Assembly: GCA_963662335.2 (NCBI GenBank)
Contig: CAXXVD010000002.1
Coordinates: 608,001 to 672,000 of the forward strand
DNA length: 64,000 bases
Direction of reading: 5' to 3'
From: Chloroflexota bacterium
GTDB taxonomy: Bacteria; Chloroflexota; UBA11872; VXOZ01
Below, one piece after another: positions 59,436 to 64,000 of the stretch (its first letter is position 1; each line of letters opens with the position of its first letter). Position numbers and translations under genes: made by a program. The notes beneath the pieces are model-generated. The model was not told where the DNA came from and searched no databases. It worked only from the letters and a program-made list of their open reading frames with translations.

Positions 59436-60227
59436 GTGCCGGACCCGCAGATTCCAACCGTGCAGATCGTTGCTATCGGCACCGAACTTGTGCTAGGCCG
59501 CATTCAAGACACCAATTCATTCTGGCTGGCGCAGCAGCTTACCGACTTGGGCGCGGAGGTGCGGCGCATTACGGTGCTGCCGGATGAATTGGACGACATC
59601 GTCGCCGCGCTCGATCGCGCCGCCGCCGACGGCGCGGACTTCGTGGTGGCTACCGGCGGCCTCGGCCCCACGCCGGACGACATCACGGTGGAGGCGCTGG
59701 CGCGGCTGCTGGACGTGGGCGTGTACGAGGACCCACGACTACTCGAGGACTACATGCGGCGGCGGCAGATCGGCGCGGACGAACTCAGCCCCGGTATGCG
59801 CAAGATGGCGACGGTGCCGGAGAGCGCCGTCGTGTGGGCGAGTCCCGCCGGCTGGGCGCCGTGCATCCAATTGAGAAAAGCGAACACCACGTACTTCGTG
59901 CTGCCGGGCCCGCCGCGCGAGATGGAGGCGCTCTTCGAGCGTTTCGTAGCCACCGCCATCTCGGAGTCGCTGGAGGTCAGAAGCGCCGCCCGCCGCGTGT
60001 TCGTGAACATGAGCGAGTCTGAATGCTCGCCGCTCATCGAGGAGGCAATGCGGCGGTTTCCCGGATTGTACGCCAAGGCCTACGTGGCCTTGCGCAGCGA
60101 CACGCACCTGCCGGTGGACTTCGTGGCGCGCGCGGCCTCCGACCGGGAGGCGCGGGAGATGCTGAGCGGCGCAATCGACTTGTTCTCCGCCGGGGTGAAA
60201 GAATTGGGCAAGGATATTCACTATTAG
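59436..60227 (+). CDS. CinA N-terminal/COG1058 molybdopterin-binding domain protein
   Basis: IGTELVLG.IQDTN, TGGLGPTPDDIT and LPGPPREM motifs; no C-terminal PncC domain. Confidence 0.85.
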   Translation: MPDPQIPTVQIVAIGTELVLGRIQDTNSFWLAQQLTDLGAEVRRITVLPDELDDIVAALDRAAADGADFVVATGGLGPTPDDITVEALARLLDVGVYEDPRLLEDYMRRRQIGADELSPGMRKMATVPESAVVWASPAGWAPCIQLRKANTTYFVLPGPPREMEALFERFVATAISESLEVRSAARRVFVNMSESECSPLIEEAMRRFPGLYAKAYVALRSDTHLPVDFVARAASDREAREMLSGAIDLFSAGVKELGKDIHY

Positions 60228-60241
60228 GGCTGGCTGCAACA

Positions 60242-60466
60242 CTAGGATGATTCATCTACAGATCTGATCAATGCGCCATCTTGCTTTTCTTTCAGCGCCT
60301 CGCTGACCAGGAAGTCCAGGTTCCCCGCTTCCGAGTCTGCTTCCAGTTGACTATCCCACCTCTGCCAATCCATTTCGTCGAAGAACCACCGCCTCAAGTG
60401 AGCATAGTCGGACTCAGGCATATTCAAGATAGTGTGTTTGAGTTCCTCTAGTTCTGACACTGACAC
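60242..60466 (-). CDS. Small antitoxin-like protein with probable C-terminal frameshift
   Basis: LRRWF..DWQRWDSQLEADSEAGNLDFL pattern; SD AAGGAG; lower GC. Confidence 0.6.
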   Translation of the reverse strand: MSVSELEELKHTILNMPESDYAHLRRWFFDEMDWQRWDSQLEADSEAGNLDFLVSEALKEKQDGALIRSVDESS

Positions 60467-60653
60467 TCTTCGCGCTCCTTGAATTACGCCGCAACGCACA
60501 GCGCCACTATAGCGGACTGAAGCACAGCCACACCTGGGTTCCTGCCAGCGCCGGCAAGTACAGTCTTCACGCGAATGGTTTTCGGCCAAAGTCTCGCCAA
60601 GGGACATTCTCGTCATGCGGCGCGGCTGGATACACCGCACTACCCGGGCTTCA

Positions 60654-61934
60654 TCAGGCTGCGTTGCTTTCTGCCAGCGCTTCTTTGGCGGCTGTGAAGT
60701 TGGCGTTCAAGGCTACGGCGGCCCGGTAGTCGCTGCGCGCTCCTGCCACGTCGCCGAGGGCTTCTCGCGCCCGCCCGCGCCAGTAGTGCCATTCCTCAAC
60801 CGCAACCACCTGCAGATTGGCCTCGGCCAGCGCGATCGCGTCCTGGTGCCGGCCCTCTGCCCAGTAGGCTTCGAACGGGCCGAACTGGTACCACAACATG
60901 CGCCACGGTAGGCCGATTTGGCGTGCCCGGTCAAAGGCCGCAGCCGCTTGGTTCGTATTGCCGAGATTCAGGGCGCTAGTGCCAAAATTGAACCACGCGA
61001 ACGCGTCTTCGCGGTCCTGCGCCAGTTCCTGCTGGGCGATGCGCAGCGCGCGCTCCCACATGGGCGTCCCGCTGTGGGTTGTGTTGAGGATTTTGTCCGC
61101 CGCGGCTTGCTCTTCCGGCGGATAGACGACCACGTACGCGCGATTGAACACCCGCCACACGGCGTCCAACTCCGCGTAGGCAATAGTCAGATTGGGACCG
61201 ACGTACGAGTCGTGGGCGTGGAACGCGCCGGCTTGCTCGTCGTACCCCACCAGCACCCGGTAGTGTCCCATGCCGTCGTCCGGCTCCGGCTCGAACCAGA
61301 ATTCGACGATAACGGGAAAACCGGCCGCCAGGAGTCGCTTGAGCAGGGTCAGGTCGCCGCCAACCCCAACGTGCGCCTGGAAGCCGATGCTCTGGGCATA
61401 CGCCGCGAGCTCGGGCGGACTGACGTTCTTATCGTTGGGATCGGGCTTGAGGAAGGGAGCGATCTCGTCCTGCGCCTCCGGCCGCGCGAAGTAGCTGAGC
61501 ACCATCCCCATAGTCGTCGGCGCGCAGTTGTTCCACCCCTGGTATTCGTGGCGGAGACCGGAGAGCAACGTGGCCTGGGGCAACGGCGGCGTCGTTGGCG
61601 TGGGAACTGCGGTCGGTTGCGGCGTGGGCGCGCTCGCCGTTGGCGCTGAAGGCGCGCCGGCGGTTGGCGACGGGGCCGCCGTACTCATTGCGGGCGCGCT
61701 GCTAACGGGCCGTGGCGCTAGCGGGGACGTGACCGCGCGCGGCGGCTCAGCGTCAGCGGCGGTGTCCGGTTCTACCTCGGCGGTGAAGAGCGCGCCGGTT
61801 GCGGCAAGGGCAAAAGCGCCGATGAACACGCTGAGAATCGCGAGCAAGGCCCAAACGGTCAGGCGAGACGGCGGCGTGCGCCGCCGCGGGCGGGGAATGA
61901 TCGTGACTCGTACCGGCCTGTCAGGCTCCCACAT
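60654..61934 (-). CDS. Membrane-anchored C39-like peptidase with TPR repeats
   Basis: QGWNNCAP, GHYRVLVGYD and DSY motifs; Pro/Thr linker; C-terminal TPRs. Confidence 0.82.
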   Translation of the reverse strand: MWEPDRPVRVTIIPRPRRRTPPSRLTVWALLAILSVFIGAFALAATGALFTAEVEPDTAADAEPPRAVTSPLAPRPVSSAPAMSTAAPSPTAGAPSAPTASAPTPQPTAVPTPTTPPLPQATLLSGLRHEYQGWNNCAPTTMGMVLSYFARPEAQDEIAPFLKPDPNDKNVSPPELAAYAQSIGFQAHVGVGGDLTLLKRLLAAGFPVIVEFWFEPEPDDGMGHYRVLVGYDEQAGAFHAHDSYVGPNLTIAYAELDAVWRVFNRAYVVVYPPEEQAAADKILNTTHSGTPMWERALRIAQQELAQDREDAFAWFNFGTSALNLGNTNQAAAAFDRARQIGLPWRMLWYQFGPFEAYWAEGRHQDAIALAEANLQVVAVEEWHYWRGRAREALGDVAGARSDYRAAVALNANFTAAKEALAESNAA

Positions 61935-62102
61935 GAGGGCGTCCGCTCCGGTTTAGTGCGCCTCTTCCTCCATCATACTCGACCCTGCTGCGAACGAGTA
62001 CCCACTATGGGCACTGAGACTGCGCCGGCCCATGTTGACGGCGCGCGCCGGGCGCGCTATCGTGCCCAGGGGAGAACGTCGCAGCACGCACTGGAGTACC
62101 AG

Positions 62103-62960
62103 ATGAAGCTTTGTCTACTGACCTACAATATGGCGCGGCACTGGGATCTATCCGAACTCATCGCGGTGGCGCGCTTGGGCGGCTTCAGCGGCCTGGAACT
62201 GCGCGCCGAGGCCGGCCACAAGCACGGCGTGGAATTGGAGACGAACGCCGACGAGCGGCGGGCAATTCGCTATCAGGTGCAGGACGCCTGCCTGGAGATT
62301 GCCGGCATCAGCACCAGTTCCCGCTTCGATACGCCGGACGCCGCCCAGCGCCGGGAAGTCGTCGAACGCAGCAAGCGCTTCATCGAGCTGGCGGCGGACG
62401 TGAACGCCGGCCAGATTCGCGTCTTTGGCAACGACATGCCCAAGGCGGGCGCGGACGGCGGGCCGCCGCCGCCGCGCGAGGACGTGATGCGCTACGTCGG
62501 CGACGCGCTCCGTGAACTGGGCGATTTTGCCGCGCCCCACGGCGTCAACGTGATGCTGGAGATGCACGGGCAGTTCAACTACTGGCACTTTGCCATGACG
62601 GCGGTGGAACACGCCGACCATCCGCAGGTCGGCATCCTCTACAACTGCGACAACCGCGACCTGGTGGGCGGTTCGGTGGCGTCTACCTACAACCGCGTGG
62701 CGCACCTGATCGGCCACGTGCACATGCACGACTTCGTGAACGGCTTTCCCTACGCGGAACTCTTTGGGCTGCTCCAGCGCGACGGCTACGACGGCTACCT
62801 CTCTTCGGAGATCGGCAAGACGGAACCGACGCATCGGGACTACTTCCTGATGTACGCGCAACTCTTCCGCGCCTGGAACGCGCTGGCCGCGTCCGCCGGC
62901 GAAAGCGCGCTGCCCTACTACGCCGCCGCCGCCGGTACGGTGGCCACCGCCGCCGACTAG
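62103..62960 (+). CDS. Sugar phosphate isomerase/epimerase
   Basis: GLELR..HKHGVE, IRVFGN, LEMHG, HVHMHD and SSE motifs. Confidence 0.85.
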   Translation: MKLCLLTYNMARHWDLSELIAVARLGGFSGLELRAEAGHKHGVELETNADERRAIRYQVQDACLEIAGISTSSRFDTPDAAQRREVVERSKRFIELAADVNAGQIRVFGNDMPKAGADGGPPPPREDVMRYVGDALRELGDFAAPHGVNVMLEMHGQFNYWHFAMTAVEHADHPQVGILYNCDNRDLVGGSVASTYNRVAHLIGHVHMHDFVNGFPYAELFGLLQRDGYDGYLSSEIGKTEPTHRDYFLMYAQLFRAWNALAASAGESALPYYAAAAGTVATAAD

Positions 62961-63038
62961 GCAGTGTTGACGACTAGGCAGTGTTGACGACTAGGCAGTG
63001 TTGGCGACTAGGTAGTGTTGGCGACTAGGTAGTGTTGG
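62954..63038 (+). repeat. 17-bp tandem repeat x5
   Basis: CGACTAGG(C/T)AGTGTTG(A/G) units, beginning at the last codons of the gene. Confidence 0.95.
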
Positions 63039-63070
63039 CGCTGAAGCACTCTCAACGTGCGGCTCCCACT

Positions 63071-63585
63071 GTCATTCCGAGCGTAGCGAGGAATCTAGTG
63101 CGCAACAAGGGGCCTACTGCGTAGCGCGGGGGCTTCTCCCCCGCCGGAGCCATTGAAACTGACACGAAAGAGAATTGACCTAACAGCCTCGCAGGATACA
63201 AACCTGCGCTACCAGAAGTCTGGGACGCGAGTTTTGCTGTCTTTTTGTTTAATGCGACAACATTAGGGCTTGTCCCCCGCTCGGTGCGGCGCGCTGATGC
63301 GGAGAGGATGGATGCCCGCTTGCGCGGGAATTACTATGGCCGCGCGACGGCCACACAAGGCATTGACAAATGAACGCACGTCTTTCCGTTCGTGCTGAGG
63401 GCTGCGCGAAGCCCTTGTCGAAGCATGAATGGAGAGACGTGCGTGGCGGGATGTGACTCGTTCATTCCGCCGTTCACCCTTCGACGCTGCTCAGGGCGAA
63501 CGGCATGATCACGCTATTCTCAAAGTAATGGCGTATGGAGAGCCGGAATGTACGCCCTAGATTCCTCGCTGCGCTCGGAATGACG
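63071..63585. repeat. Repeat cluster including an inverted, decayed composite element (63121-63281)
   Basis: Several palindrome families seen elsewhere in the window. Confidence 0.8.
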
Positions 63586-63701
63586 GAGGCAGACGGTCTA
63601 TCTCCACCAAATGCCGGGCTGCATTGCTGCTGACTCTCGGGCAATGGCGCGCCGTTTCTTGATAATTGAGCATGACCAACCAAGCGGAGGGTGCAAATCT
63701 C

Positions 63702-64000
63702 ATGGCCTACCGTCCCCCGGAAAAGCTGATCGTATTCGGCATCGACGGCCCCATATTGCCCACCATGCAGCGGCTCATGGATGAGGGGCGTATGCCGCTG
63801 ATGCGGAAACTGGTAGAGGGCGGCACGTGGGCGGAAAACTGCCTGGTGCCGTATCCCACGATTACGCCGCCGAACTGGACCACTATTGCCACCGGCGCGT
63901 CGGCGGGGCGCACCGGCTTTACCGACTTCAATATCCACCGGCCGGGCGAGCCGCTCGGCCAGACTCACGCGGCGTTCGACTCGCGCTGGCACACGGCGGA
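63702..64000 (+). CDS. Alkaline phosphatase/nucleotide pyrophosphatase family protein (5' part, runs off the window)
   Basis: MAYRPPEKLIVFGIDG...PTITPPNWTTIATG; SD GGAGG; absent from the ORF track. Confidence 0.8.
   Translation, partial: MAYRPPEKLIVFGIDGPILPTMQRLMDEGRMPLMRKLVEGGTWAENCLVPYPTITPPNWTTIATGASAGRTGFTDFNIHRPGEPLGQTHAAFDSRWHTA

Noticed and set aside
62954-63038. 17-bp array as a CRISPR
   Set aside because: Units are contiguous with no spacers.

Overview
GC-rich bacterial chromosomal segment. Gene content and style suggest Chloroflexota; this is inferred, not searched. Housekeeping genes include moaA, selA, apgM, ktrBA, nth, prfB (+1 frameshift), mobB, ilvBNC-leuA, a MacAB-like ABC exporter, dprA, HU, an Rrf2-sufCBD-Rieske-sufSU operon, hisI/hisE, secG, tRNA-Ser(CGA) and tRNA-Sec. 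Single accessory genes are scattered among them: an Imm-like membrane protein, an EcoRII-C-type restriction-modification pair, a coiled-coil repeat protein, and two toxin-antitoxin-like relics whose second gene is cut off. Intergenic DNA is packed with at least four palindromic REP-like families and a ~155-175 bp composite repeat; one palindrome sits in frame inside a protein gene. The most notable unannotated signals are two leader-peptide/terminator systems below the ORF-track cutoff. One is an Ile/Leu/Val-rich attenuator ahead of the ilv operon. The other is an unexplained 22-aa uORF (MKGMRLPLDNPRVLYGVWQVDC) with alternative RNA pairings and a 14-bp terminator ahead of a DUF971-like gene. 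No CRISPR array, integrase or transposase was found. Protein calls rest on motif recognition, not database searches.
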